A stretch of DNA of 64,000 nt from assembly GCF_006345805.1 (NCBI RefSeq), contig NC_042997.1, forward strand, positions 179,924,001 through 179,988,000, read 5' to 3'. A model generated the notes under the pieces. It saw only the letters and a program-made list of their open reading frames with translations, had not been told where the DNA came from and searched no databases. Below are positions 25,211-39,759 of this stretch, one piece after another (positions within the stretch are counted from its first letter, which is position 1; every line of letters begins with the position of its first letter). The translations under genes and the position numbers were made by a program. This DNA is from Octopus sinensis. Lineage: Eukaryota.

Positions 25211-27660
25211 CTAATACCTGGATAGTGCATCTGCAAGTACATTAGCATTTTTTGTAATATGTCAAATACTCAAACTAAAATTTTGCAGGTACAAGCTCCA
25301 GCTCAGAATCCTGTGATTAGTACCATTCACCTTATCATTGAAAACTAAGGGATCGTGATCTGTGTAGACAGTGGTAGGATTTGAACCTATATAAATTTGA
25401 AAGTGCTGAACTACCCACGCAAGAGCTAAACACTCTTTCTAGATAGTAGAGTAATTCTTCTGACAAGAATTAAACTTCCTAGAGAATTATGCCACTGGAC
25501 AATCTACTCCAGATTGGCCAGATTGGTAAGAAAACGGCGCCAGTACCTACATCAGAAACGTCAGTCATCAATGAGAACGGCTTCTCAAAATCAGGTGCTT
25601 TTAAAACCAGGGAATTTTGTAAAACCGACGTAAGTGTCTCAAAAGCTCTTTCACACTCTGATAACCACTTCATTGTTTGGATCTTTTTCAACAAATTTGT
25701 CAACGGTTCCGCAATAATAAAAAAAATTTTGCACGAACTTACGGTAAAAACCAATCATACCCCCAAATCGTTTGATCTGACGTTTCGTCGTGGGTCACGG
25801 AAAGTCTGATGGCTTTTACATTAGCCTTCTTCAGTACGACTTTACCCTGTCCTACAGTATACCCTAGATAAGTAATATGGTCTTTACCAAACTCACATTT
25901 TTGCAAGTTGATGGTTGACCCAGCAGCCTTCAATCTAGCGCAAAGTTTTCTTTAATTTCTACAATGACTTTCTCAATCACATTATATAAGGCATAAGTCA
26001 TCAAGATAACATGCGCAATTGCTCATTTCTTCTGTTATTAAGGTCATGCTTTTCTGGAAAATCGCAGGGGCATTCCATAACCCGAAGGGCATGACCCTGA
26101 ACTGAAATAGGCCAAACGGCGTGACGAAAGCCGTGAAAGATTTAGTACGCTCGGTTAAAGAAACTTCATAATAGCCTTTTCTCAAATCTAATTTGGTTAA
26201 GTAAATCGAGTTGCTAACTCTATCCACTAAATCATCAATCTGCGGAATAAGGAAAGAATCCGGTTTAGTAACAGAATTAACCTTCCGATAGTCAATGCAA
26301 ACACGCTGGCTACCATCTGGTTTCGGAATCATGACCAGTGGAAAGCTATAATCACTCTTACTAGATTCTAGTAACCCTAATTCCAACATCTCCTTGACTT
26401 CCTACTCAATAATTTCAACTTGCCTGGGTGGATTCTGTAAGGCTGTTGTTTAATCGGTTTTCTATCAGTCAACTCAATATCAAGCATCATAACAGTAGTG
26501 CGCCTGGTTGTCTGAAAATATTTCATCAAAGTCTAGAAGTAAACCTGTTAGTATAGGTTCAGTACAAAAATTGTCTACTTCGTAATCTGAATTAATGGAC
26601 GAACTAAGTTTACTATCTTCCTGATTTTCCTCCTCATCTAATTTGTTCCCGACCGGCATAGCAGCATTAACGGACTTGGATTCAACATCTCTTTCATAGA
26701 ACGGTTTTTGCATGTTGACATGACAATCTTGTTGCCTCTTTCTACGATCCGGAGTTTCAATCACATAATCCAAATTTTTAAGTTGTTTAACAATTTTGTA
26801 AGGTCTAGAACATCTAGTCTTCAAAGGACTTCCTGGTACAGGAAGTAGAGCTAACACCTTACTATCAAGAGGAAAAATACGCTTTGGAGATTTGCCATGA
26901 TATTTCTACTTCATTGTTTTCTAACTAGACTCTAAGTTGACACGTGCAGTGTTAAATGCGGAACGCAATCTCTCCTTAAACTCAGAAATATATCACTATT
27001 CAACCGACTATCACTATTCAACCGACTATCTTTTAGTAGTTGTAAGGGTCCTCGCACGCGATGGGCATAGATCATATCATAAATAGAGACCCCTAAAGTT
27101 TCCACGGGAACTTCCCTAGTTACGAACAATACTAGAGGCACACCATGATCCCAACCCTCCTCTTTCTGCTTAAGGATTAAAGTTTTCTTGTCTGCTTTGA
27201 ATTCAACTTCGCTAGGTTAGGTAGGCTCTTCGCTACCAGAATTCAAATTCACAAGGAAAGTATTAGACAAAGCTATGTTACCCTTAATAACTGAACTAAC
27301 ATTAGATTGCTGGGACTAATACTAGCCTCACTATTCATAGCCGTGATCTGGGACCTAGTCACTGCACATTCAGGAATTATTCCTCGATACAATGTCTCTA
27401 ACTTTTCTGTCCCTTCGATCAGACTCAGGTGTAGACTGCCCAGTAGGAACTGCATAAACTTCATCACCTACAACATCATTATCTAACAAAAGATCCATAC
27501 CATCAATAGGTAAAGTTGTAACTAATCCAACATTAACTGGACCTACCACATATTTATAATTCAAATGAACTTTGTAACACCTCTAATTAATACTAATAGG
27601 TATAGCATCATGCTTCAAGAGAGTTTGTTCTGCACCGGTATCTCTAAAAATTGTAACAGA
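25211..27660 (-). pseudogene. pol: Ty3/Gypsy (Gmr1-type) pol pseudogene: PR - partial INT - RT - RNase H
   Basis: Protease FRDTGA (about 27640); integrase C-half WDHGVPLVLF..REVP.ETLG..PL and GPY/F-like SRPYKIV...DYVI; RT YSFPLVMIPKPDGSQRVCIDYRKVN...LDLRKGY...MPFGL.NAPAIFQ...YLDD; RNase H TDVSDVGTGAV, NYSTI*KECLA, VYTDHDPL, NVLADALSRY* ending at 25211; many stops and frameshifts. Confidence 0.92.
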
Positions 27661-27766
27661 CTTAGGGGTAGACGAACTGTCAGAAGTAGCATCAACACTA
27701 GAACTATCCACAACTGAAGTCATAACTAAATCTGCATCAGCATTATATAAACTCCCACATCTGGGT

Positions 27767-28480
27767 CTAACTTAATCTTAGACAAAACCCCTGCGTTCGA
27801 AAACACTTAAAACCTGATGGCACAGCTACCTCTACAGAACCTACAACATTTGACAAGTCACAACATTTACAAGATGCTACAGCTCGATCCCTGGACTGAT
27901 ATACTTGAGCTGCTTCCTTAGCCTTTAACTGTCTACAATCAGTAGTTAAGTATCCGGGAGTCTTACAGTAATGGCAGGATTTAGAAGAAGCACTACACCG
28001 ATCCTTCTGTTGCTTCTGACCTACTTTTTTTTTTCTGAGTAACACCATCTGACTTGATAAACTGTTTTTGTATTGTCATTCTTTTGCTGACGCTTGCCGT
28101 GAATCAATGCTACTCATATGCAAATTTTGCAGCTTCAGCTAAAGTATTAACCTGCCTTTCAGCTACAAAACCTCTCACGTCATAGGGAAACTTATTCAAG
28201 AACACGTCTATCAACATCAACTCTTCCAACTGACCGAAAGTATCAACTTTTTTAGACCTAAGCCATACAACGGGTTCAAGGAAACCATAAAACAATTTCA
28301 AGATGATTTAAATTTAAGACTGTAAATGAAAAGTAAAATCTGTGCAAAACTCAAAAGATTTTGGTACCTCCTACTAAAGCTATCTCTTTAAGATACTGAT
28401 AATAGTAACTTACGTAACTTCCGCATCAGTTTAATCAGTAACAGTTTTAGGAAAAGCAAGCTTGTAAATTGAAATGACAT
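27767..28480 (-). pseudogene. gag: Gypsy gag remnant with degenerate zinc knuckle
   Basis: WLRSKKVDTFGQLEELMLIDVFLNKFPYDVRGFVAERQVNTLAEAAKFA (typical Gmr1 gag) and CHYCKTPGYLTTDC. Confidence 0.8.
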
Positions 28481-29209
28481 GAAAACTGAAAACCAGCCAG
28501 TTTAGATACTTGTGATAGAGTAAATAATTTAGCGTTGTAAAACGTATATTATACCATTCACTAGATTTGTTAAACCAATCCAAATAAATATCGGTATTAT
28601 TAGTATTATAGATAATATAATCCCGAAAGGTTAGTTGGCACCCTGTTTTACTCAATGGAATGATGCCAATTCCGTGATTAGTTCATTTAAATAAGTACTT
28701 TTCAAACACGTATGTAGATTTACGCAGCTTGACATTAAGGATAACCACATTTCAGTTTCCCAACCAATTTTGATAGATGCCCTTATTTTCAAAAGACATA
28801 CGAATTCTTCTGAAATAATATCACTCTAAGTGATAAGATACTCGTCTTATGTATAATATTGTATTGTATAATATAATTTTTCGAATATTCTTTTCTATAT
28901 GAGCACAGCATTGAAAGTGTTTCCTGAAATGAACGATATCTTGTACTTCTATTTCATGGAATCATCAGAAAAATTTTTCAAGTAACTCCTCAAAGTAATT
29001 TATGAACTTAACCTAAATCAAGATTGATATAAATAATTATATATTGTAAATTGTAAATAATGAGTACAAATTATACATATATAATATATGAGATTATATA
29101 TCATAAATCACATCCCTTCCAAAATTCGGCATATTCTTGGATATATATATATACACACACACACACACATATATATGTGTGTGAAATCATTATATAATAT
29201 TGATTTCAA

Positions 29210-29397
29210 AACTTTGGTATAAGGCCTGCAATATTTGGGAACGGCTGAAGTCTATTCTATAAACACCAGTGTTCAACTGGCGCTTCTTTTGTCAACCCAG
29301 AAAGGATGAAAAGCAAAGTCACCCTCGGCAGAATTTAATCACCTAAATGACGCTTAAGTACTTTGCGCGGGGTGCTAACGATTCTGCCAGCTCGCCA
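29210..29397 (-). mobile_element. SINE family A, degenerate
   Basis: Core AAAGTCACCCTCGGCAGAATTT...GCTAACGATTCTGCCAGCTCGCC. Confidence 0.7.
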
Positions 29398-29532
29398 TAT
29401 ATATAAATATAATATATATATATATATATGTGTGTGTGTATGTGTGTGTGTGTGCGTATGTGCATGTGTGTGCCCCTGTGTGTGCGCGCGTGTGTGTATG
29501 TGTGTGTATGTGTGTGTGTGTGTGTATATATA

Positions 29533-29566
<34 letters not shown>

Positions 29567-29652
29567 CTCCCAGAATTTGTTTAAAAATTACACTTACAGA
29601 ACGTGAGTGAACTCTGTACCAAATAGACTTTCGAACAGCATAGATCTTATCC

Positions 29653-29695
<43 letters not shown>

Positions 29696-31289
29696 TTACT
29701 TATGTATAACCATATTTTTGCACCCCTTTTCAAACCTCTAATCCCAAACCACTTCTCTACACTACCTTTTCACACATTCCATTATACTATTGTCGGTTTC
29801 ATCTCGCAGAAATAGAATAAATTATATGAAACATAATTTAGTTTAATTCTCCATTTAATTTGGGCTTATATGTTCAAAATACTTTCCACAACTTTGCAAA
29901 CTCATTTTCTTCATCACCGAAGTTATTAAAAATTTTTTGAGAATTAGAATATCGCATTCTTCTACAGTTTTGCTCATATATAGAGAAAACAAAGCAAATC
30001 AAACGTAGCGAATCCTATTTAAACTAAAGTCCACAAAGATACTCAAGCATGCACCGAAACACATGTGTTCGTGGCGGAAATTTCACTTCTAAAAGGGCTT
30101 GTTTACTATTATACAGTAAGCACCACACAAATCTCAAAATAACAATGTGTTAACTTTGAATTGGTTCAAAGTCTCGACAATTGAATTTTTACGTTTCGCA
30201 ACCAACGTAGAAACACAAATCTTTTCGGAATTTTTAGTCATATAACACGATCTCCGATATCAAATCTGAATTAATACGTTTTGCCAAACATTATCACCAT
30301 TACTTCATTTTTCAGTGTTTTCAAATATTACTTCTAAATATTTCACTTATTAAAGTCATTGAGATTTGGTACCATTTTTGGAGACATAAAGCTCAGACAT
30401 CCTAACTGTTAAAAAATACATAAAAATATTCAATGATTTCTATCTTCCAAGCAATATTTTCCTAATGAAGCAATTTTTTACCTAGTAATTAGATGATTAC
30501 ACGAAAATAAAATGCTACATAATTCATTTATTTTCCATCTGAACAAAGTGCTACGTGGTTAAATGCATAGCGTTTAGTTTCGTATTGCAATAATCACATT
30601 AACGTAGACCTACTTCGTACACCAATTAAAAACTCTTCACATGTATTCGTTTTCCTCTTAATATAATAGTTTCTCTTCTTCCTACCACTTTTCTCACTCC
30701 CTTGCTCTTTCTCTGTTCGTTTTTTTTCTTATATATACTCACATCATAAATATCATTACATACACATGCAAAGACACACAAAAAAATCATATATACATGC
30801 ATGCATATATATCTATATACGTCTTTGTTTGTGTATCTGGCAAATATACAAATCACCGTCAAAAATACCATTTTAATTTATACAGGTGATCTATTTATTC
30901 AAAATGAATGTGCTGCAACGAATTTAAATATCGTTACCATCCTACCAGATCACTCTGTGAACAAAATTGAGAGATGATTAGATCATGAATTTGATTTTAT
31001 AATGATAACGTATAAATGTTCCTTACCGTAGACATACCATTACAATTTGATGTTTCTGCGACATTTTATTTCTTCAGCTGTTATACATTCTACATAAACA
31101 AATATATATTGAATGGGATAATTTACTTTGATAAACCGCAGAAGAAAAATCTCTCAGAAACAAGTAGTAAAATTACTCAAGTGAGAAAAGTATGGTTCGA
31201 AAATTTGCAATACCGATCTATGAACGTTTTTCACTGACAAAATACCTTTGGTGATATTATTTAATGAATATATACACGTAAGCAGGCAG

Positions 31290-31480
31290 AACCGTTACCA
31301 CGCCGGGCGAAATGCCAAACAGCATTTCTTCTGACTTAACATTCTGAGTTCAATTACGCCGTAGTCGACTTTGCCTTTCATCATCTCGAGGTCATTAAAA
31401 GAAGAACCAGTTGATAACTGGGGTGGATGTTATCCCCGTACTTCTTCTCCTTAAATTGCTGGCCTTGTGCCAAAATTTGA
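31290..31480 (+). mobile_element. SINE family A, degenerate
   Basis: GGCAGAACCGTTACCACGCCGGGCGAAATG...GTCGACTTTGCCTTTCATC. Confidence 0.7.
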
Positions 31481-31749
31481 AATGAAAATATAAATATATA
31501 TGTATTGACACACGTATATATATGCCAGTAAGTGTGTGTGTGTGTGTGTGTGTGCGTGTAGGGAAAGAGTGTATGTGTGACTGCAGGTGTGTTTGCATTT
31601 ATGTGTATTTTAAATATATCTCTTTCTCACCTTAAAGTCATATGTATGTATATTTGTATAAATACACACACATGCATATAATAAGCTTGGTGATATAAAT
31701 AGAAAAATAGGAAATAGAACTCAAAATATTTAAAACTTTTCCCGATTAA

Positions 31750-31809
<60 letters not shown>

Positions 31810-32779
31810 CACCCTTGTATACTCATGCGAGTTGTCTCGAAATTAATGCAACTGTAAGCATACTATTTTAAGTGATGAATGCTGAAATGCTCCATATTGA
31901 TAGAGTAAAATTTCCTCTGTTCTAATTTTACTTCCTATTCATTTTTATTGTTGGCGAACAATGAGTTCTAGCAATGCGAATTCTGCAGGAGGAAGTGTTG
32001 CAAGCTTACTTACATACACAGTGCTTCTGCGCAGAAGAGTTGTTGCAGCGCTTTGTGACATTTGAACGACCCACAACGGTTAATTAAAAAGCCATGCATA
32101 CTTTTGCTTTGCTTCCGATACAATCCTCTTACGCATGGCTATGGCTATACATGTGCAAATGTATCCTTTTGTGTTGGTGTGAATGATTGTGTGTGTACAC
32201 GTATATTTGTTTGTATATATTCTGTGTAACTGCAACCCAATGACTGAAAACTTTAAAACGTAAATCTTTTTATTCATAAGGTACGATTGGATATTATATC
32301 ATATTTTACATGGAGGTATCCCGTATTTGTTAGAAATGTTGATATGGAACCTACATTTGGTGGGGAACTATGTTTTACTTTAAAATGTCCAATGAGTCCA
32401 ACATGTGTAAATTTTCTATTCCAGTTCCATTCTACCTTAATAAATAAATTAAAATTTTGCTCAACTAAAAAGTGAGAAGTTATCATTCTGAAAAGAAATA
32501 TTTTATTTTTGTATTTTTTTTCTTTTATTGTCATTATAAATTCAATTAATTGAAATCTATATTTTGTTCATTATGCCAAGCAGAATTCACTTTTGTTATG
32601 TTTTCCATAATATTTAATTTAGCTAAACACTGAAATTTTCCACCTCAGTGTTATAAACATTTAAATTGCTCTTATGGTAGTGCGATATTGACTTCGCCAC
32701 TCAGAGAATGGTCAGTAAAATTGAAATTTAATGTAGGTTCGCGTGTATGCAAATATAACAAGCGATGCACCTGATGGAA

Positions 32780-32960
32780 GAAGTTAGATATTGGCTGGTA
32801 CTGATACGATATATGTTTACCTGGGCAGTAGACTGTTATTTATATAGGAATGGTACTTGTCTGTGTGATTGCTTTCTTTCAGTGATGTCGATTTCTGAAA
32901 GTGTGGAGTGAAGTCTAAAGCTATTTGCTTAAAGAAACGTTTGAAAATATAAATGTCCGA
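32780..32960 (+). pseudogene. Highly decayed RTE-like RT fragment
   Basis: DG...IYVYLGSRL and KSKAICLKKRLKI motifs across frameshifts. Confidence 0.3.
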
Positions 32961-33531
32961 GGCCAAGTCGAGATCAGCAGACATTGAAGCAGCGATGAAT
33001 ATTAAGGATGGCGGCAGAGAGAACGTTAATTAGTTGAGCACTAATTAATGAAACATATGGTAATAAAAATAGTTAAAATATATGATTGAAAATATGAATA
33101 AGAGTATAAATAAAACTGAATATAAATATGAATAAATGATTTAAAATGACGATTAGAAACATAAAGCGTACTAATAATTAGTTCATCTACATATTAATTA
33201 GGAAATAAATACAGATGCATACTAGAATTTGATATGCGGCCTCTAAATTGGAGATGTGTGAGAGGATAGGCATAATTTGTGATGAGATATATTGTGTATG
33301 GCTTGCATGTAACATATAAGGGTTCGAGACTCTTGTCTCTAACTATGAATGGAGGCTGAAGAATCGACAATCACATTACTAATGACTAGGATACGTTAAG
33401 CTTTAGAATTCTATATACATACTCACATACATGCACAAATACACACGCATACACACACATGCATCTATCTATTCATCTATCAATGTATGTGTGCACGTGT
33501 TTAATTAGCTATATAGATAAATGTATGCATA

Positions 33532-33571
<40 letters not shown>

Positions 33572-33621
33572 TACAAACATACAAACACGCACATACACCT
33601 CCCCTATATATATATATATAT

Positions 33622-33679
<58 letters not shown>

Positions 33680-33681
<2 letters not shown>

Positions 33682-33893
33682 TTACTGTTTTACTCTTTTA
33701 CTTGTTTCAGTCATTTGACTGCGGCCATGCTGGAGCACCGCCTTTAGTCGAGCAAATCGACCCCGGGACTTATTCTTTGTAAGCCCAGTACTTATTCTAT
33801 CGGTCTGTTTTGCCGAACCGCTAAGTGACGGGGACGTTAACACACCAGCATCGGTTGTCAAGCAATGCTAGGGGAACAAACACACACACACAA

Positions 33894-33962
<69 letters not shown>

Positions 33963-34070
33963 TATATATATACATACATATATACGACAGGTTTCTTTCA
34001 GTTTCCATCTACCAAATCCACTCACAAGGCATTGGTCGGCCCGGGGCTATAGCAGAAGTCACTTGCCCAA
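33680..34070 (-). mobile_element. SINE family B, 5'-truncated, fused to the Tc1 fragment
   Basis: Reverse complement of family B body, internal microsatellite and tail; head ends at CTTGCCCAAG. Confidence 0.85.
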
Positions 34071-34584
34071 GTGAAATCTGGCTTTGTGCAGCTCCCAGTG
34101 AACAGGTTTTGTGGAAACTGGGTTCTCGAGGTAGTCATTCAGCTCTGCAGTATTTGTGGGAGCTGTACTTTTGTGATCCTTTCTAACAATTCGCATAGGA
34201 GTCCAACGGTCCCTATCAGAAAGTTTTGGTTTTCTTCCGAAGTTTTGTTTCGATGAGCAGGTTTTTCCTTGTTTCTCAAAGGCTGTCATTATTTTCGAGA
34301 CAGTACTTCTTGATACACCAAACATTTCGGCTGTTTTCCTTACGCTAGCGCCTGCCATACGAACACCAACAATTTGACCTCTTTCAAAGTCCGATAGATC
34401 TGTCATTTTAATGAATTTTAAGTACCTTCTTCAGATGATATCTGAAAAGAAACAACAAATTAGCAGAACATATTAAACAACACTAATAATAAATAAAAAT
34501 AAACAAGCTTTTGACGATTTTATAGATACTTCAAAATTATGATGCTATGATGGTAGATGTTTCCATTATTTTGTCCAACCCCTG
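34071..34584 (-). mobile_element. Tc1-like DNA transposon 5' fragment (left TIR plus transposase DNA-binding region)
   Basis: TA|CAGGGGTTGGACAAAATAATGGAAACA at 34584; ORF from 34406 MTDLSDFERGQIVG...SRSTVSKI...GRKPKLSDRD...WELHKARFH (paired-like HTH, GRPK motif); catalytic DDE domain and right TIR absent. Confidence 0.9.
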
Positions 34585-35696
34585 TAGGTAGGCAGATATA
34601 TAGATATATAGTAATAGATAGTTACATATTGGTGTGTCAAAACCTCGAAAATGAACCGATACTTTTCCGAACGTTTTAACCTCCCGGATAATGAATCTTC
34701 TGCGAAGAATATTTGAAGGTAGTCACTCGGACAATAAATATGTAACTACTCTTTGTGTCTCATCTTGTCTATGTATATTTTCTTCTATATATACAAACGT
34801 GCTACGCAAATAAAATTTGAGAGCTTAATGAATATTTATGTTATGATAACGCATAGTCTCGATGATTGATGTAAATAACCTTTTGTCTGGGCAAAATAAA
34901 TATTGATTTCAATAGTAATATTTGTACTTTCCAATAATTTTGCGTATATCTTTACAAGTATCTTAGATGAGGTTATTGGTATGGCTCAGCATTTTGCATC
35001 GATTACCCTGTGCCTCTGCAATTTTAATGAATATTGAAAGCCATACTGAGAAATATATGTGATAATCAGCCAGCTTTCACCGGTGGTGTTGTCTTCTAAA
35101 TATAATTAAATCTACGCATTTACGACTTGTACAATAGTTTCCGTATATACTTACAATAGGATTTGCCCAAGAAAACTCCTATACTATAGATTCATTTGCT
35201 GAAAAATTTCATCGACAACACATTAAATCCGAAACCGAAAATAAATATAGAACTATGGTACAATCCAGATATCTGTCTCGCTGTTATATTGCATTCCTCT
35301 CAGAAACTCATGGAACGGCGAAAATATTGGTATCCATTTTAATACATTTTTATTATTATATGATTTTTTGTTGTACCTAACATTTATACTACATTACTAT
35401 TATGGCTCTGCAATGATGCATCAGTCACTCTGTTACACCGATGTGAACTGTGAAATAGACACGAACATATCCCCACAAATGTATACAGATATATACACGT
35501 ATACATTCGAATAGTTACAATTACAATCACAATTATAGTCGTATATTCAGGAATATGTTTGCATCGATGTGCTTGTACCTAAGTTGATATGTTGTTGTTT
35601 TGGAGTAATGGAAAGTGAGTTTTTAGTAGTAAAGAAGCGTTTTTGCATTCAATTTGACAGTAGCCTGATTTTTCTTTGACTGTATTGTGAGTGCCA

Positions 35697-36122
35697 AGGC
35701 GGTGAGCTGGCAGAAACGTTAGCACGCCGGGCGAAATGCTTATCCGTATTTCGTCTGCCGTTACGTTCTGAATTCAAATTCCGCCGTGGTCGACTTTGCC
35801 TTTCATCCTTTCGGAGTCGATAAATTAAGTCCCAGTTACGCACTGGGGTCGATGTGATCGACTTAATCCGTTTGTCTGTCCTTGTTTGTCCCCTCTATGT
35901 TTAGCCCCTTGTGGGCAATAAAGAAGTAAGAAACGTTAGCACGCCGGACGAAAAGTGTAGCGGTATTTCGTCTGTCTGTAGGTTCTGAGTTCAAATTTTG
36001 CCGAGGTCGACTTTGCCTTTCATTCTATCGGGGTCGATAAATTAAGTACCAGTTGCGTACCGGGGCCGATCTAATCGACTGGCCCCCTTCCCCCAAAATT
36101 TCGGGCCTTTTGCTTAGAGTAG
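35697..36122 (+). mobile_element. SINE family A, dimeric
   Basis: Full unit followed by a second unit with a different tail. Confidence 0.85.
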
Positions 36123-36699
36123 AAAAAAATATATATATTGTGAGCGCTAAGCCGAGTAATATTTTTGTAAGATAGGATGCGTTCTAAGAAAGGAAAATGT
36201 ACAAGAAGATAGATTTGATTTCCAGAAGGCTTGTACAACATTCGTATTAAATGTATTTATTTCTTGTTTGTAACTTCATTTTAGGAAGTGTTTTACCTGT
36301 TTGCTAAATTTCCCGACATGTAAGTCGCTGTTGTAGATGTGTGTTTTCATGTTGAACAATGCTACGTTGTCTGATAGTTTCGTTATGTAATTGATAAGTT
36401 TCACTTAGTTAACTATATAACTTATGTTACAGCTGTACGGTGTGACCATATTCCATGATGTATAATCGTCTCTGTCCTTGTATTTGTAACTCACTGCACC
36501 AAAAGATACAACATAGTACTTCAATGTATCGTTATATATTTAAGTGAGTATATGTATAGATGCATCTTTCTCTATTGCTACTCATACATTCATGTTTAGT
36601 TTGTGTATGTGTATCCATACATACACGTATATATCGAACGCATTACTCTAGCTTTCTACAGTCCACTGAGTAAAGTGGTTAAAAATATTTATTTCTTTA

Positions 36700-36870
36700 T
36701 TACCCACATGGAGTTAAACATAGAGGGGACAAACAAGGACAGACAAATGTATTAAGTCGATTACATCGACCCCAGTGTGTAACTGGTACTTAATTTATCG
36801 ACCCCGAAAGGATGAAAGATAAAAAAAGAACTCGGCGGAATTTGAACTCAGAACGTAACGGCAGACGAAA
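36700..36870 (-). mobile_element. SINE family A, partial
   Basis: Reverse complement of the 3' two-thirds. Confidence 0.75.
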
Positions 36871-39522
36871 AGTGGTTATAAATAATACTAGGTAAAAATA
36901 TATATAATATAAAACAAATGTACTAAAATAATGATCTAAAACTAGTTCAGTTTCGAGCAAGTTCTATAAAACAAAACTTTATGCCAGTTCCGAATACCTA
37001 TTTATTTTTTTCCATTTGCTTGCCTGGTACTTAACTCTTTAATGTCTGACTTTCATACACAAAACTTCCATGATGAGCATGACTTAATATCATTGAACCT
37101 CGTTGATACCCAGGAGTTACTTTTATGATGTATAAATTAGTTTTACATGAAGAAAAATCGTGCCCTATTGATTTGTTAGGTGTTTTACATTTTCTCATTA
37201 CAATACACATTCAATTGAAAGATTTTAGCTTTGTTTAGTAAATACTGTTTATTAGGTTTTCTGTTTATGTTTCGGTCGGTAACCATGGCAGTGGAATTAC
37301 TTTCATTAAAGTCTTTACCTTCGTAGCTCTATTGAAATATTCCATGCTGCGCCGTTTACAGTTGCTGTTTGATTAATAGGGGAGAGAAGAGAGAGAATTT
37401 AGAACCTAATGCAACAATTATTCTTCTGTTGTTTACAAGGTTAGTGTAGTTATAATCGATGCAGCTACCATATTGCTTAGTTTAAACATTTTAAATTATT
37501 TGTCTCTGTGTAAGCCGGTCGTTTCTGAATGAAATATAATAGACGTTAACAGTGTAGGTGGAGCACTCGAATGGTTTTCGATCTATGCATGTGGGGCTCT
37601 ACAAATATGTATATATACTACTTTATGCAGACAATGAATTACTAATATATAATATATAAATAGATATACTCTTCCATATGTCACTGCAAACAATGAGCTG
37701 CATCACCACAGAATATGCATGATTAGGTTATTTATTAAGTCTAGGTATCGATAATGATGAAACTGCGTTAGAAAGCTGTTTTGAATACTGTAAAATAATC
37801 GAAAAATAACACCTATAAACAATTGGCTTTACTGTTGCTATAATTGGGTAGTGAAAACAGAATTAGCAGTAATGCTCTGTTATATTTCAGTTACCACATT
37901 ATCAATAAATTTATAACTATTATTTTAATTAGCTACCATCTGCCAAGTACGATTACATACCGTGTCGCAGTTTAGAAATGAACTCTTGCATAAAACATCA
38001 GTTGTGGCATTTGTCCAACGAGTCACTACACTTATGAATATATTGAAGCGGTATTAAATAGGCAACATTGAACAATATTGTCGTAAGTAAAGTTACGTTT
38101 TGAACGACTAATGCTTCCTTTGATGTAATTTTCATTATATTTATGTATCTTGGCTAGGGTAACGCGCACATACGTCTTTGTAACAACTCTGCCTTCTATT
38201 ATCGCTTAATTAATTACCAACATATAGTGCAGGAAACAATTTTATTTAATAGTAATATCATTACTATTGCCCCGAAAACATTAGACTTCGGATATGTTTT
38301 GTTTTAACAAAACAATATAAATTTTCCCAATCAGTTTAAAATTGTACACAGTATAGTTCTTAAAACTACATATTCAATCGAATAGAAAGTATTAATACTA
38401 AATTACCAGATTCAGTAAACCTCATTAATACTAATATTAGGAATTGTATTCTTTAAATTGTATGTGCATTTATGTTATAAATTACGGACTATGTTAGGTT
38501 CCAAAAATATCCAATATATCAAAGAAAAACTACAAATATCTAAATTGTTTATGATAAACGTGTAATCACTAAGTAAGTGTGCAGCATTGAAAGCGTCTAT
38601 ATAATCAATCGAAAGTATTCATTCTCTCAATAATCAACAAATTTCCTGATTGTAATTAAGTAAATTAGTCCACTATTTTCCCGTTCTCTATATATGAAAG
38701 TGACGTTAATATATGAACTTACTTTAGGGTCAAAAGTCTTTTCAAATTAATATAGCAGAACTCGTCTGGAAGATCGCTTTAATTGGAGAGTTAACATCTC
38801 GCTCGATGTATTGAATGTTGAACAAACACACTTTCATATTAATGGTTTGAACTATTCACTTTTGGCGAATATTTACGCTCACATAAAATAAGTTTTACTA
38901 TTGGAGCAGTCAATTAGATATTTTATTTCTCTTGTGAAGGTAGATCTATTGAGTTCAAAGATCATATAGTTTCCTGTACTGTAAAGACTCTGCGATTAGA
39001 AAATCTTTACCAACAGAGCTTGTCATAAATGACACATCCAATATCGACGCATAACCATTAAGTTTACTGAAGGTTTCGATTTTATCAGTTTTCTCTGGCG
39101 TCGTGGCATTGAGAATAGTCAAGATAGGATTTATACCACAATGTTGTTTGTCTTAATTGATTATCAGTAGAAAAAAAATCACTTCCACACGCTGAATTAT
39201 AATTCGTGTCTATGTCTATTTCTGTGCCCTACTCAATAAATTATGATTTTATTTGCTTTTCTATCTCAACTGTGAATTTTGCTTTCATGATTGAGAAACA
39301 GTTTTATGCACATGGCAGAATGCAACAAACCTGAGATGACTTGCTAGTGATTGAAGCAATAGGCTGACAGACAACTGAATTATATCCCTGCCGCGCTTCG
39401 ATACTAGTATAACAATGAATATAGCAGATTAAAGTTTTTAATTATCTATCAGAAAACAGGAAGAATGATTGGTTTTTACGATGTAGTCCCTAAGATTAAC
39501 AAATGTTTTGTTTAATATACAT

Positions 39523-39702
39523 AAGCGTAGGAGTGACTGTGTGGTAAGTAGCTTGCTATAGGCGTAGGAGTGGCTCTGTGGTAAGTAGCTTGCTTACGAA
39601 CCACATGGTTACGGGTTCAGTCCCACTGCGTGACACCTTGGGCAAGTGTCTTTACTATAACCACGGGCCGACTAAAGCCTCGTGAGTGAAAGAAGCCCGT
39701 CG

Positions 39703-39759
<57 letters not shown>

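Noticed and set aside
38940-39140. About 65-codon open frame on the minus strand with a GTAAAG donor-like site
   Set aside because: Weak acceptor, no recognisable protein similarity, and no partner exons.
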